64,000 nucleotides of DNA from Eledone cirrhosa (lineage: Eukaryota), in contig OZ024762.1 in assembly GCA_964016885.1 (NCBI GenBank), positions 28,892,001-28,956,000 of the forward strand, given 5' to 3'. The position numbers and the translations under genes were made by a program. Shown here one piece after another: positions 1-12,759 of this stretch (position 1 is the first letter of the stretch; each line of letters opens with the position of its first letter). Under the pieces are notes generated by a model. The model was not told where the DNA came from and made no database searches. It saw only the letters and a list, made by a program, of their open reading frames with translations.

Positions 1-249
1 GCTCCTTACCTGTAATGGTTGTGATGTTCCAGGTTCCAACTGTTAAGGCTTGCTCCCTTCCAGACCCTCTTTGGGGTCTCGGGATAGGCAACATTTGAGC
101 CTCCATCCCAGACCTCCCAGAACAGGATGCAGGCTCATCACAAGATTTTGCAGCAATATATTTTTCGAACAGGCCCCTCTACTTAAGGCCTTGATATGTC
201 CCTTATTAACCCACGCAAAGTGCAGTGTGGTATGGCTTTTCTACAGAAA

Positions 250-1320
250 CAGAAGTTGGAATCAAAAGGTTTCAGAGAAAACTTAGCCAAAACTCATATA
301 ATAGTAAGTAAGAAAGAAGACAGGACCTTGATTCCCATGGGGAAGTGGCCCTGTTCAATATTTAGAAAAGAAGTAGGCATAAACTCTACAGAATTTACAC
401 AATATAGATATAAACTCTATACAATGTACACAATGTAGGTATAAACTCTATACAATGTACACAATGTAAATCTTGGATACACAAGTGATGTAGTAGGTTA
501 TCAGGTAGGCTAACAGGAAGGGAAGATTTTGTCTGTAAAAGATACACAGGGGTAATTGAGGAGAAGATCATCAATGATATAAGCCTATTCCAATCACAGA
601 AAGGATCCATAGAAGTGGTCGATAGCTTCTGTTATCTAGGTGACTTAATTAGCAGCAGAGGAGGGTACCCTGAGAAAATAATAGCTAGAATAAGGAGAGG
701 ATGGGGGAAGTTTAGAAAGCTACCCCCACTGTTGATAAAAGTTTTTCTCTATGTACAAAAGGATGACTTTATGATGTCTGTGTGTGAATTGTGGCGCTAC
801 ATGGTAGTGAAACATTGGCTGTGACTACAGAAGATATGTGGTCCTACATGGTAGTGGAACATGGGCAGTGACTGCAGAGGATATGTGATGCTACATGGTA
901 GTGAAACATGGGCTGTGGCTACAGAGGATATGTGGTGCTACATGTTAGTGAAACATGGGCTGTGACTGCAGAGGATATGTGGTGCTACATGGTAGTGAAA
1001 CATGGGCAGTGACTGCCGAGGATATGCATTGTCTTGAAAGAAATGAAGCAGCCATGCTTCAGTGGATGTGCAATCCAAATGTCCAAGAAAGACAGAGCTT
1101 GGATGAACTGAGGGAGAAACTGGGTTTAAGAGGAATCTGAAGTGGTGTGCAAGAGAGAAGACTGTGTTGGTACGGACATTTGGTGTACATAGATGATGAT
1201 CATTGGGTGAAGAAGTGCCAGGGAATCCCAGAGGAACAAAGCTACAGTAGAGGTAGACCAAGGAAGACCTGGACAGAGGTGATGAAAGCTGATCTCAAAT
1301 TACTGAGATTCACAGAGCCT
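250..1320 (+). mobile_element. Degenerate RTE-clade LINE, 3' part of RT ORF
   Basis: Broken ORFs with typical RTE C-terminal motifs ([38 protein letters not shown]); frameshifts and stops. Confidence 0.85.
797..1030 (+). repeat. 47-bp tandem repeat (~5 copies) amplified inside the RTE LHGSETW motif
   Basis: ctacatggtagtgaaacatgggctgtgactgcagaggatatgtggt unit repeated; the mirror copy at ~21040-21170 has ~3 units. Confidence 0.85.
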
Positions 1321-1611
1321 AATTTACAAATCAATAGAGATTTAACTAGTTTTAGCAAAAAATATTTGTTGCTTCATATTTCTTATAATTTACTGTGACT
1401 AACAACAATCAGTAAACTATACCATCACTACCCCACAATGCTACAAACCTGGATAGTGTGGGAGAATTCTCTCTGGCATGGAGAACACTAGGTACCAGCT
1501 ACCTTGTGGTCCCAGGAGAGGACAGAATGGTGATAGGGGGTTACCCTGGAGGACAGCAAGTGAGATGTGTTGAAATAGCTTTTAAAACTTGTGGGGCACT
1601 CTCCTGTGTGT

Positions 1612-1865
1612 GGCCAACTCCACCCTGATAACAGTTAGTAGGGAAGTAGTTTAGGGACCAAGTCTGACAATTGTCTCCACCACTATAGTTTAACAAGACA
1701 CTCCTGTCTGTGGCTAACTCCACCCTGATAGCAGTTAATAGGGAGGTAGTTTAGGTACCAAGTCTGACAATTGTCTCCACCACTATAGTTTAACATGAAA
1801 CTCCTGTGGGTGGCTAACTCCACCCTGATAACTGTTAGTAGGGAGGTGGTATAGGGACCAAGAAT
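1612..1865. repeat. ~100-bp minisatellite (~2.5 copies)
   Basis: ctccaccctgataacagttagtaggga... unit; reverse complement of the 19250-19700 array. Confidence 0.85.
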
Positions 1866-2255
1866 GTCAGAAATCTCCATTACTACAAGTTCAACAACAA
1901 AAAACTAATACTTCAACAGTTTGTGATCTTTTGTGACTAAGTTTTAATTTTTCTTGTTACTTTAGGGAAACAATGATACCACCAAAGTTAGTGGCCCTAT
2001 AACCAGGATATTGTCAAATTTCTAAATTTCAGTTGTAAAATATACGGAGTGATAGAATTTCAATCATTTTAAACAACATTGAAGTGTTTGTTTTAGATGT
2101 ATTAAAACTACTTACAAGATGATATCATTACATATGGTGTTAATAACAGAGATTTAGATGGGTGTTAGATGTATTAAAGCTACTGGTGTTAATAACAGAG
2201 ATTTAGATAGGTGTTAGATGTATTAAAACTACTAAACAAGATCATATCATTGCGG

Positions 2256-2432
2256 TGGATTGGCAGTATCGGTAGAGAGTCGGACGCCATGCTTTCCAGC
2301 ATAGTTACGTCCCTTTACGATCTGAGTTCAAATCCCGCCGAGGTTGACTTTGCCTTTCATCCTTACGGGGTCGATAAAATAAAGTACCAGTAATGCACTG
2401 GGTAATTGCTGGCCTTGTGCCTAAAGTAGAAT
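2256..2432 (+). mobile_element. tRNA-like SINE (recurrent family)
   Basis: B-box-like gagttcaaatcc, then gactttgcctttcatccttacggggtcgataaaataaagtaccag; at least 8 more copies in the window (e.g. 24168, 27684, 38040, 39590, 50446, 50614, 52598). Confidence 0.8.
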
Positions 2433-3229
2433 GGTGTTAATAACATAGATTTAGATGGGTGTTAGATGTATTAAAACTACTTACAAGATGAGATCATTAC
2501 ATATGGTGTTAATAACAGATTTAGATGGCAAAATAACAAGTTGAAGTTACAGACTTGATAAATTCCTTAAATATAATTCTTTTATTAACAACAAATAGAA
2601 TGAAATTTAGGACATAAATACACTTTATAAAATTAATTATGAAAATTAATAAATTATTTACAAAACAATGAAATCAATAAAAAAGCGAGTCAGAATTAAA
2701 AAGAAAAACAGGTAAAACTACTCCCTCAATTACTATAACAGAGAATGGTGGTGTTACTCCCTAAAATTTCTGAGACTCGACAGACACATCATTACTTCAT
2801 GTGATAGAGGGTCACTTAATTACACACTACAACAGGGAATGTTGGTGCAGGCCTCTAAAATTTATCATAGCAGAGAAGACATTACCTCATGTGATAGAGG
2901 GTCTCTTATTTACACACTTCAACGGGGAATGTTGGTGTAGGCCTCTAAAATTTATCATAGCAGAGTAGACATTACCTCAGGTGATAGAGGGTCCCTTAAT
3001 TACACACACTATAGCAGGGAATGTTGGTGTTGACAAACCAAGGCTGAAATTTCTGGCATAGATTTAAAATTAATTCAAAACGTCAAGAATAGATCAGAGA
3101 AAGATTTTAATTTCAAATGAAAATATATTTGTAAAAATGGCCAGCAATGTTTGGAGTCTATTAAACTGCCAAGTATTCACATTTGATATTGGTGGAAGTG
3201 GAAAATAAGTTTAGATTTGTAAGAGGAAG

Positions 3230-3553
<324 letters not shown>

Positions 3554-3801
3554 TTAAAAGTCCCTGACATAATTTAATACCTTCAGTTATGTCAATTCAC
3601 TCCATCAATTGTATCCAGCCCATGGTAGCATCACTCAGTGAAATATTTATTACATATCAAGGAGGGAGTCTCCTACCTGGTTACTTGACTTGGTAGAAAT
3701 AGCAGAAATAGCAGCCAAATATCACTCTCTACTGTCTTACAACAACAAAGACCATATTCTGCAGTTTAGACACGCACACACATGTATGTATATATATATA
3801 T

Positions 3802-3876
<75 letters not shown>

Positions 3877-4004
3877 AAAACATGATGGTCACGGCTGGAA
3901 CAACTTTAATTATAGGTCTGCTCAATCATACTAACATGGGATTTAAATTGAGCAACCGAGGAGTTGTCTCCCTTGGTACTTTACTACGCTACGTTTGTTT
4001 ATAT

Positions 4005-4339
4005 TATAGCAAAAACTGGGTTGTGTGAAATGTAACAAGGAGACATGGTTTGTGTGTATAATATTTAATTAACAATTTAACAGTATAGTTGTTTTGTCAA
4101 AGAAATAGATGAAAGAATGAAACAAAGTTAGTAGTTACCGTTTTGATTGCCAGGCAAACGCGGCTGGCAGAAGACGCCTGGCGAAGGCCAGGCGCCGGAA
4201 GGGCAAATGAGAGATAGGGAGCCGAAAGCTATTCGTTTTATAGGGCTCTGCCGGAAGTTACAGAAAGGGTTCTACTTCCCGTCTAGATGTTGTTAATCTA
4301 TTGGGGTTGTGAGTCACAACAAGGGAGGCAACTGCTACA
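4005..4339 (-). mobile_element. Solo LTR, same family as 24344-26275
   Basis: Homologous to the 334-bp LTR; TGTAG...CTATA termini; ATAT target duplication; empty site in the mirror arm near 15695. Confidence 0.85.
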
Positions 4340-4441
4340 ATATATACCCTCATCATCACCTTCAACATTATCATTTAACACCTGCATGGGTTAAATAGGT
4401 TGTCACGTTATGAGACATGTCAGGTGTGGAGACCAGGTCTC

Positions 4442-5203
4442 GGCGATATCCAATTTTAGTGGATTAAATGCTGCTTACGTGCTGTAGTTGCTGTTTACTT
4501 CAATGTATGAGGCTATTCCAACAAATTTACATTCCCTTTTTTTTAGCCGTTAAAAGAAATATAGATTTATTTATTGGGTTTTTTTTTGCGATTTATTTGC
4601 TACTGGGGCATAGATTTCTTTATTTGCCATGGGGGAAGTTTTTACAAAAATCAAGTACAAACATTTAACGAGTGATTAAAAAGGAATATAAAAAATTAAG
4701 TCCTCAATAGAGAGGCAGCCTTTTGGGGTCACACACACCCCCGTAGAAAGTGTGCGACTTTTCTGCCAGGGAGCACAGAGAGAGGGGGGTGCTCCCTTCT
4801 TCTCTTACCTGTACAAGCCGATATAGAGAGATGGCCCACTTACACGGGCCATTATTGCTATTTTCACCCATCTTTCATGGAATTGGCTGGGACTGAGTGC
4901 CTTTCTCTCCACCTTGATCCTTCTTTCGAAGTGGTATCGGAAGAAGAGGACCATTTGTTGGCCGGCGACATATCCCCACAGATCGGCAAAAAAAACAAAC
5001 AAACAAACAAAAACGTGGCAAATAAAGAAATCTATACCCCAGTGGCAAATAAATCGCAAAAAAAAAAACAATAAATAAATCTATATTTCTTTTAACGGCT
5101 AAAAAAAAGGGAATGTAAATTTGTTGGAATAGCCTCATACATTGAAGTAAGCAGCAACTACAGCACGTAAGCAGCATTTAGTCTACTAAAATTGGATATC
5201 GTC
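4442..5203. mobile_element. Non-autonomous TIR element (Merlin-like) with ~190-bp inverted arms, carrying a Tx1-like 3' fragment
   Basis: GGCGATATCC.../...GGATATCGTC ends; 8-bp TSD CAGGTCTC (4434-4441, 5204-5211); absent from the mirror arm at ~15590. Confidence 0.75.
4612..4975 (-). mobile_element. 5'-truncated Tx1-like LINE (ORF2 C-terminus + 3'UTR)
   Basis: FFRYHFERRIKVERKALSPSQFHERWVKIAIMARVSGPSLYIGL aligns with the end of ORF 60674-62113; shared TGGCAAATAAAGAAA tail. Confidence 0.85.
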
Positions 5204-5469
5204 CAGGTCTCATATGGATGTGTATTTTGGTTTGGTTTCTAAGGCTGGATGCCCTTCTTAACACGAAATACGTTACAATATGGACTGCACACTTTTGTAT
5301 GACCACCTTACAGGATGAACTGGGTGCTTTTATTGTTGTAGCATCAACGAGGTGTGTGGGATATTTAGCAGGTGAGGGCAGGGTCTTATGAATGGGGAGA
5401 GGTGATAAGAAGATTGGTGAAGACTAGTGTGTTCTCTACATGTTTGTTTTATTTCATTTTCAGCACATG

Positions 5470-7249
5470 GGAAGGGGGGGGGGTCTTCTACAGAACAGCA
5501 TGACGCCAGAGGTCTCGATCCTGTGACATTTCCATTGAGAGGTTTAATTGGGCAAGGTGAGCTTTTATTATTTTATCCCAAGCTTTCATAGTTAACATCG
5601 ACTTTGACAACCCTGTACCTTTTTATACAGCTGTCATGTTCCATAAACATCACATGTCCAAACCACCACAATCTCCTCCCCTCTACACTGCATCTGACCT
5701 CTCTTATGCCTAGTTTCTCTCTCAGTTTATTAATGCTTGTTGTTCATGCACACTATTACACAGATCCTGTAAACTTTATTTCTTTCCAGTCTTTATAAGT
5801 CCTCTGAATATATTGCCCTGGTCTCACTTCAATGTAACATTGCTGTTCGTACACAGACTTCATACAATCTGCCTTTCACTTTCAGGGGAAATCATTTTCT
5901 AGGCAGCAGTAGTAGTAGCTCCCTAAACTTTTTCCGTCCCATTCTCATTCAGGCTACTGTACCTTCAGAACACGCACCTCCACTATTAATTTGGTTAATT
6001 AAGTTAACAGAAATTATGAACCGGTTTTTACAGAGCCTTCTGGACATTTAACCCTTTAGAATTTAAACGGGCCATACCTAGCCAGAATACTCTCACATCT
6101 TTCTGTTCAAACCGGCCATAACTGGCCACTCATACCGAAGTTAAGGTATTGTTCTCAAAATAAATAATATCAAAATCTCATAGATTCGATATAAAGTGAG
6201 ATAATTATGTAATATAAAGCCTTTACCACAAAAATACAATAGTATATATAGAGTAATGTAAATGCTAAAGGGTTAAAGTAGCTTATTATTTTGTTAGCTC
6301 TTGCTACATATTGCTCTTGTGCATCAAGCACATAAAACAACTTACATTCTTTTGCTAATCTCACTGAGATCCAACTACATCTCTTGTTTATCCATAGTTG
6401 GGAATTTCTACCTACTCCTTTCCTTTAGACTGAGCAAGGCCATTTTCTTGAGGGGATATAGACCCTGTTTTCCTTTCTATTTTGCCAAGTTAACTTTAAG
6501 ACATTTTCATTCTAGACCATGCTTCCAGGTTTGGAATTTCTCCTCTAATTTTACCATAGATTGAGCTACAAGAGTTCAATCATGTGCATACAGGATTCCC
6601 ATGGACAGCCAGTCTTAAACTCTTATGTAATAGCCTTCAGAATGATAATAAACAGAAGAGGGTTAATAACAGAGCCCTGATAGACTTGCTCACTATAGCC
6701 ATCATTACTTTTAACCTTACTGACTACTCCTCCATACATGGCTTTTACTGCTCTCACAAGCCACTCATATACCCCTAGTTTTCTAAGTTACACACCAGAT
6801 TAGGGAATGGGGAAGTCTCACAGAAGCTCTCTCTGGGTCAACAAATGCCAAATAGAGGGGCTTATTTTAGCTAGGTACTGCTCTTGCAGTTGCGACACAA
6901 GAAAGAGAACATCAGTGGTACTTTTACCTGGCACAAATCCAAACTTCATCTCATCTAGGTTAACTTGGTCCCTAATCAGCTGTGTTATAACTCTAACATC
7001 TTCATGAAGTGGTCCATCTAATATCTCTATAGTTTCTAGCTCTAGTATATCTCCTTTGCCCTTGCAGCAGTTGATGATGATGATACTACACCATTTATTT
7101 GGTATGACACCATTTTGTAAACGATACCAGTGGTTAAGATGTGACCCACGACCCCAGATACTTTCAGTATCTCAGCAACTATCACCAATGGATAAGATAC
7201 TTTCTCTGTCTTCATATCCTTAATTACCTTACTATGCTACTGCTTACTT
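5470..7249 (-). mobile_element. Degenerate RTE LINE (mirror of 13520-15310)
   Basis: RT remnants; near-identical reverse complement of the right-arm copy. Confidence 0.8.
6052..6272 (-). mobile_element. TTAA-flanked piggyBac-like MITE
   Basis: ttaa|CCCTTTAG ... CTAAAGGG|ttaa; copies at 14497-14717 and 38429-38628. Confidence 0.8.
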
Positions 7250-7880
7250 TTATGTGCATAATATGCCTTGAAATTTCGAGAAAAGTGGCTATACGTAACG
7301 CCTCCAAAAAGCCCTAAAAAGCTGAAAAAATGAAGTTTTTCACCTAATGCGGGCCCTAGGTCATAAAAAAGTTTGATTTTCTTTGCTCGCGGTATGAAGA
7401 AGAGACTGACTAATACATAGTTACAATTTCAAGGAAATCGGTCTGACGTAACGCCTCAAAAAACCACTAAAAATGTTCAAAAACGCAGTTGAATTTTTTT
7501 ATGTGCATAACACTCCCTGAAACATAAGTAATACACATGTAAAGTTTGAAAAAAATCGGTTGGGTACTTCTCGAGTTTTAGGGATTCAAACTCAGACACA
7601 GACACACACACACACACACAGACAGACAGACATCCTCAGGGAAGTGACGTAATGCAGACAGCCAGACATACAGACAGATATTATAAGGGCGCGACGTTAT
7701 AAGTATGTATCTATCTAAAAAGAGAAAGACTAAGAATTATAGAGAGAGATCGCTAAATCACCTAATGTGGTCCCTAGGGCATAGAAAATTTGAAATTTTT
7801 TTTTGCTCAGAACACTCCCTGAAACAAGTATTACATGTGTAAAGTTTGAAAACAGACATCCTCAGTTTTATATATATAGA
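7250..7880 (-). mobile_element. Non-autonomous Helitron-like element, 3'-truncated
   Basis: 5' TCTATATATATAAAACTGAGG start; homologous to 11566-12270. Confidence 0.7.
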
Positions 7881-8802
7881 CTAGTAGAAAACCACCCCGT
7901 GGACGGTTTTCTGCTAGCAAATCTAGTGTATATACTGATATTGTTGAGATTTGGATGAGAAATGTTTTCGGCACCACATGTTCACCGTCTCTCGGTGTGT
8001 CTTTTATGCATGTATAAATATATATGTTATCTATACGGTGAAATCTTTGAAATAAATATATGTTAAAACGAAAAAGGAGAAAATAAATAACTGGCGGTTA
8101 GAAAAAAATATTCCTATGAAATTTTAATTATACCATTAGGTGTGAATAAGGAAATATTTTTTTATTGTCAAAACAAATGTTCAAAAGTTAAACTTCAAAT
8201 TTTTGAATTATTTCCAATTTTTTCATGAAATTGAACACTGGACATTGGCTGCTGGAAATGGAAATTAAATCGCATTTAATTGTATTTAAATTTCTAACCT
8301 TATTTTATTATTTATATTTTTTCAATAAGAAATAAAAAAAAACAACAAAAAATATTGAAGAAAAAAATTGAACAAATCAAACGTAGGTTATGGAACTGCG
8401 CAATCTGATTAATAAATTACCTCATCAGCAGCAACCTTCTTCAAATGGTCCGCAGCAACAACCACCAATTCAATGGCAGCCTTCTTCAAACCACAAATTC
8501 AATGGCAACCTTCTTCGCATGGTGTCAAGTCAGAACCGCCTCGAACTGGTTACTTCTGGCTTGTGCAAGGTGTCTCTATAGCAACCAGCGATTCCCTCGG
8601 CCTCAGTGACCAAAGTCAGTGGAGAGGGGAAGGTAATATTTCTGTAGCACGTGTTTTAGCGTCTATTCACTCTCTCTCTCTCCCTCCCGCTACTCCCCTC
8701 TCCTAGTCTGTCTCTTTCTTTCACTCTCACTCTCTCTCTACGCACGTGTTTCCACTGTCGGACAGACAGACAGAGAAATTGCTGGTTATATATATAAGTA
8801 GA
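7881..8802 (-). mobile_element. Non-autonomous Helitron-like element
   Basis: 5' TC start with (GTCT)n; 3' hairpin (agaaaaccgtccacggggtggttttct) followed by CTAG; same 3' end remnant at 26858-26894. Confidence 0.65.
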
Positions 8803-8885
8803 TATATATAGATATATTTACTTATATATGTACAAATATATATATATATATATAGGATCGAAAGATGGTTAAAAGAGTTCCAAGT

Positions 8886-8954
8886 ATTTTATTATGCGTA
8901 TTTCAAAAACAAATATCATCATGGGATGATATCTGCGTTTTCATCAGATAAAAT
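8886..8954 (-). ncRNA. Type I hammerhead ribozyme, mirror copy
   Basis: Reverse complement of 9081-9149 with one change in stem III (TACGCA). Confidence 0.7.
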
Positions 8955-9080
8955 AGGGATACATGATATGAAGCTTAAAAACCACTTGTGAATAGTGAAG
9001 TTTTAAATCAACATATATATATGTTGATTTAAAACTTCACTATTCACAAATGTTTTTTAAGCTTCATATCATGTATCCCT

Positions 9081-9149
9081 ATTTTATCTGATGAAAACGC
9101 AGATATCATCCCATGATGATATTTGTTTTTGAAATGCGCATAATAAAAT
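9081..9149 (+). ncRNA. Type I hammerhead ribozyme
   Basis: Stem I ATTTTAT/ATAAAAT; core CTGATGA (9088); long stem II ...ATATCATC-CCAT-GATGATAT...; GAAA (9131); palindromic stem III TGCGCA; AUA cleavage triplet. Confidence 0.8.
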
Positions 9150-9311
9150 ACTTGGAACCCATTTAACCATCTTTCGATCCTATATTATTTATACTCCAGT
9201 CCTACAAACTGTAGAGTGATATTTACCCGATATATGCATTGCTTTATTGTCCTACAATAAAACTCACCTCCTACATACATATGGATATGTGTGTGTATGT
9301 GTGTTTTTGTG

Positions 9312-10045
<734 letters not shown>

Positions 10046-10260
10046 ATATATATATGTAGTATAACAATAAAATGTTAAAGGTAATCCGATAAGAGTTTAC
10101 GAAAACGTCTCATGGACAGTTTAAGCACACGGTAGTATGGGACTCAACAAGATGTTTACTTTGGGGACAATTGTGCTTGTATTCCTATGTAAATATATCT
10201 TGGAGTAATGAAAAAGTTAAGAATAACATGGTTGACAAAACAATCAAGGGTATTTAATTA

Positions 10261-10367
10261 TAGTCTTACAATTGTTTCCATGGTGGAATTGTCTATAAAT
10301 TGCTAATACCGGAGAAGTATAAATCAACTTACAATACATTTAAATCAAACCATTTCATGAGAAACTC
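10261..10367 (-). ncRNA. Degenerate type I hammerhead motif (Penelope-like)
   Basis: Minus strand: AGTTT-CTCATGA-AATGGT[long loop]ACCATG-GAAAC-AATT-GTA-AGACT; core G5 mutated. Confidence 0.45.
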
Positions 10368-10825
10368 TTAATAAATATAAAATATATGCGAAACGGTAAA
10401 CTTAAAACATTCAAACTGCTACATCAATACTATTGTTAATGATAAATAGAGGACGGGAGACATTTGGACATGAGAGAGAAAGAAGGAGCTAAGATATAGT
10501 TAAAAGTATAACCGGCAACTTTACGAAATCAACCTATTGTATTAAAATAGATTTGATATTAATAATAATAAAGATATGTGTAGAGAAGGAGAGAAGGGGG
10601 AATATATTGTAGGCTACGAGGAAGGATAGGTGAGGAAGATGAGAAAGAAATAGAGGAAAATGAAGAGGGATGAGAGAGTAGAGAGGATAGAAATCAAGAA
10701 TATATGGATGTGGAGAGGAGAAAATTAATATACGGATATGAAGAATAGAGGGAATAGAAAAATTAACAGAGGGATGAATATATGTTACTATGTAAAATAG
10801 TTAGTTTGAGATATATTTTATTATA

Positions 10826-11565
10826 AATTTTCTATGCCCTAGGGACAACATTAGGCGATTTAGCGATCTCTCTCTATAATTCTTAGTCTTTCTCTTTTTA
10901 GATAGATACATACATATAATGTCGCGCCCTTATAATATCTGTCTGTATGTCTGGCTGTCTGCATTACGTCACTTCCCCGAGGACGTCTGTCTGTCTGTGT
11001 GTGTGTCTGTGAGTTTGAATCCCTAAAACTCGAGAAGTACCCAACCGATTTTTTTTCAAACTTTACATGTGTATTACTTATGTTTCAGGGAGTGTTATGC
11101 ACATAAAAAAAATCAACTGCGTTTTTTAACATCTTTAGGGGTTTTTTGTAGCATTACGTCAGACCGATTTCCTTGAAATTGTAACTATGTATTAGTCAGT
11201 CTTCATACCGTAAGCAAAGAAAATCCAACTCTATTATGGCCTAGGACATTAGGTGAAAAACTTCATTTTTTCAGCCTTTTAGGGCTTCTTGGAGGCGTTA
11301 CGTCTAGCCGATTTTCCCGAAATTTCAAGGCATATTATGCACATTAAAAAAATTTATTTTCTTGATCCCCTAGGGCCCGCATTAGGTGAAAACCTGCATT
11401 TTTCTTGCTTCAGCGAGGAAAATCTTAAAGATTATCCAGCCATCAGAGTATTCGGTTTATTTTCTTTACATATTGTCCAGGCATGCAGTTTTTCCACGAT
11501 TAGGTCTGTTGGCGGACCGCGTTCCAAAATACCTTATCCCGTGCAACGCCGGGTACCACTGCTAG
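10826..11565 (+). mobile_element. Non-autonomous Helitron-like element, 5'-truncated
   Basis: 3' hairpin CCCG-TGCAACGC-CGGG, then CTAG at 11562-11565. Confidence 0.75.
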
Positions 11566-12486
11566 TATATATATAAAACTGAGGATGTCTGTCTGTGTGT
11601 GTGTGAGTTTGAATCCCTAAAACTCTAGGAGCACCAAACCGACTGTTTTCAACCTTTACATATATAATACTTGTTTCAGGGAATCTTCTGAGCAAAAAAA
11701 ATTTCAAATTTTCTATGCCCTACGGACAACATTAGGCGATTTAGCGATCTCTCTCTATAATTCTTAGTCTTTCTCTTTTTAGATAGATATATACATATAA
11801 AGTCGCGCCCTTATAATATCTGTCTGTATGTCTGGCTGTCTGCATTACGTCCCTTCTCTGAGGATGTCTGTCTGTGTGTGTGTGTGTGTCTGTGAGTTTG
11901 AATCCCTAAAAGTCGAGAAGTACCCAACCGATTCTTTTCAAACTTTACATGTGTATTACTTATGTTTCAGGGAGTGTTATGCACATAAATTCACCTTTTT
12001 GATCCCCTGGGACCCACATTACGTGAAAAACTGCTTTTTTCAGGTTTTTAGGTGTTTGTTTAGGCGTTACGTCAGACCGATTTCCTTGAAATTGTAACTA
12101 TGTATTAGTCAGTCTCTTCTTCATACTGCGAGCAAAGAAAATCCAACTTTTTTACGCCCTAGAGCCCGCATTAGGTGAAAAACTTCATTTTTTCAGCTTT
12201 TTAGGGCTTTTTGGAGACGTTACGTATAGCCACTTTTCTCGAAATTTCAAGGCATATTATGCACATAAAAAAAATTATTTTCTTGATCCCCTAGGGGCTG
12301 CATTAGGTGAAAACCTGCATTTTTCCTGCTTCATCGAGGAAAATCTTAAAGATTATCCAGCCATCAGAGTATTCGGTTTATTTTCTTTACGTATTGTCCA
12401 GGCATGCAGTTTTTCCACGATTAGGTCTGTTGGCGGACCGCGTTCCAAAATACCTTATCCCGTGCAAGACCGGGTACCATTGCTAG
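11566..12486 (+). mobile_element. Non-autonomous Helitron-like element, head-to-tail with the previous copy
   Basis: TATATATATAAAACTGAGG start; same 3' hairpin + CTAG at 12483-12486. Confidence 0.75.
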
Positions 12487-12759
12487 TATATATATATATG
12501 TATATAAGAGGGTCTTAACGTTTACCTGACAACCACTTCAACACCTATTGATCAGGTGAGCATGCCAGTCAGATTTTTATCCTCACCAGAAGATGAGATA
12601 GTGACATTTGTAAACACACAATCCCTGGGGAAGAATTTGTAAACACACAATTTGTAAACACACAATCCCTGGGGAAGAATGCACCTCCCAACATAACCCA
12701 GTAGTTAGTGACTTCATAGACCTAGATGAACTTGAAGACTGAGGGCAACCTGAAGGAGA

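Larger units (their letters stand above)
8851..9184. repeat. ~165-bp-arm near-perfect palindrome (Penelope-like inverted terminus)
   Basis: 8851-9016 is the reverse complement of 9017-9184, centred on (TA)n; each arm contains a hammerhead motif. Confidence 0.85.

Noticed and set aside
2256-2432. tRNA gene
   Set aside because: Only a B-box-like motif within a multi-copy SINE; no cloverleaf.
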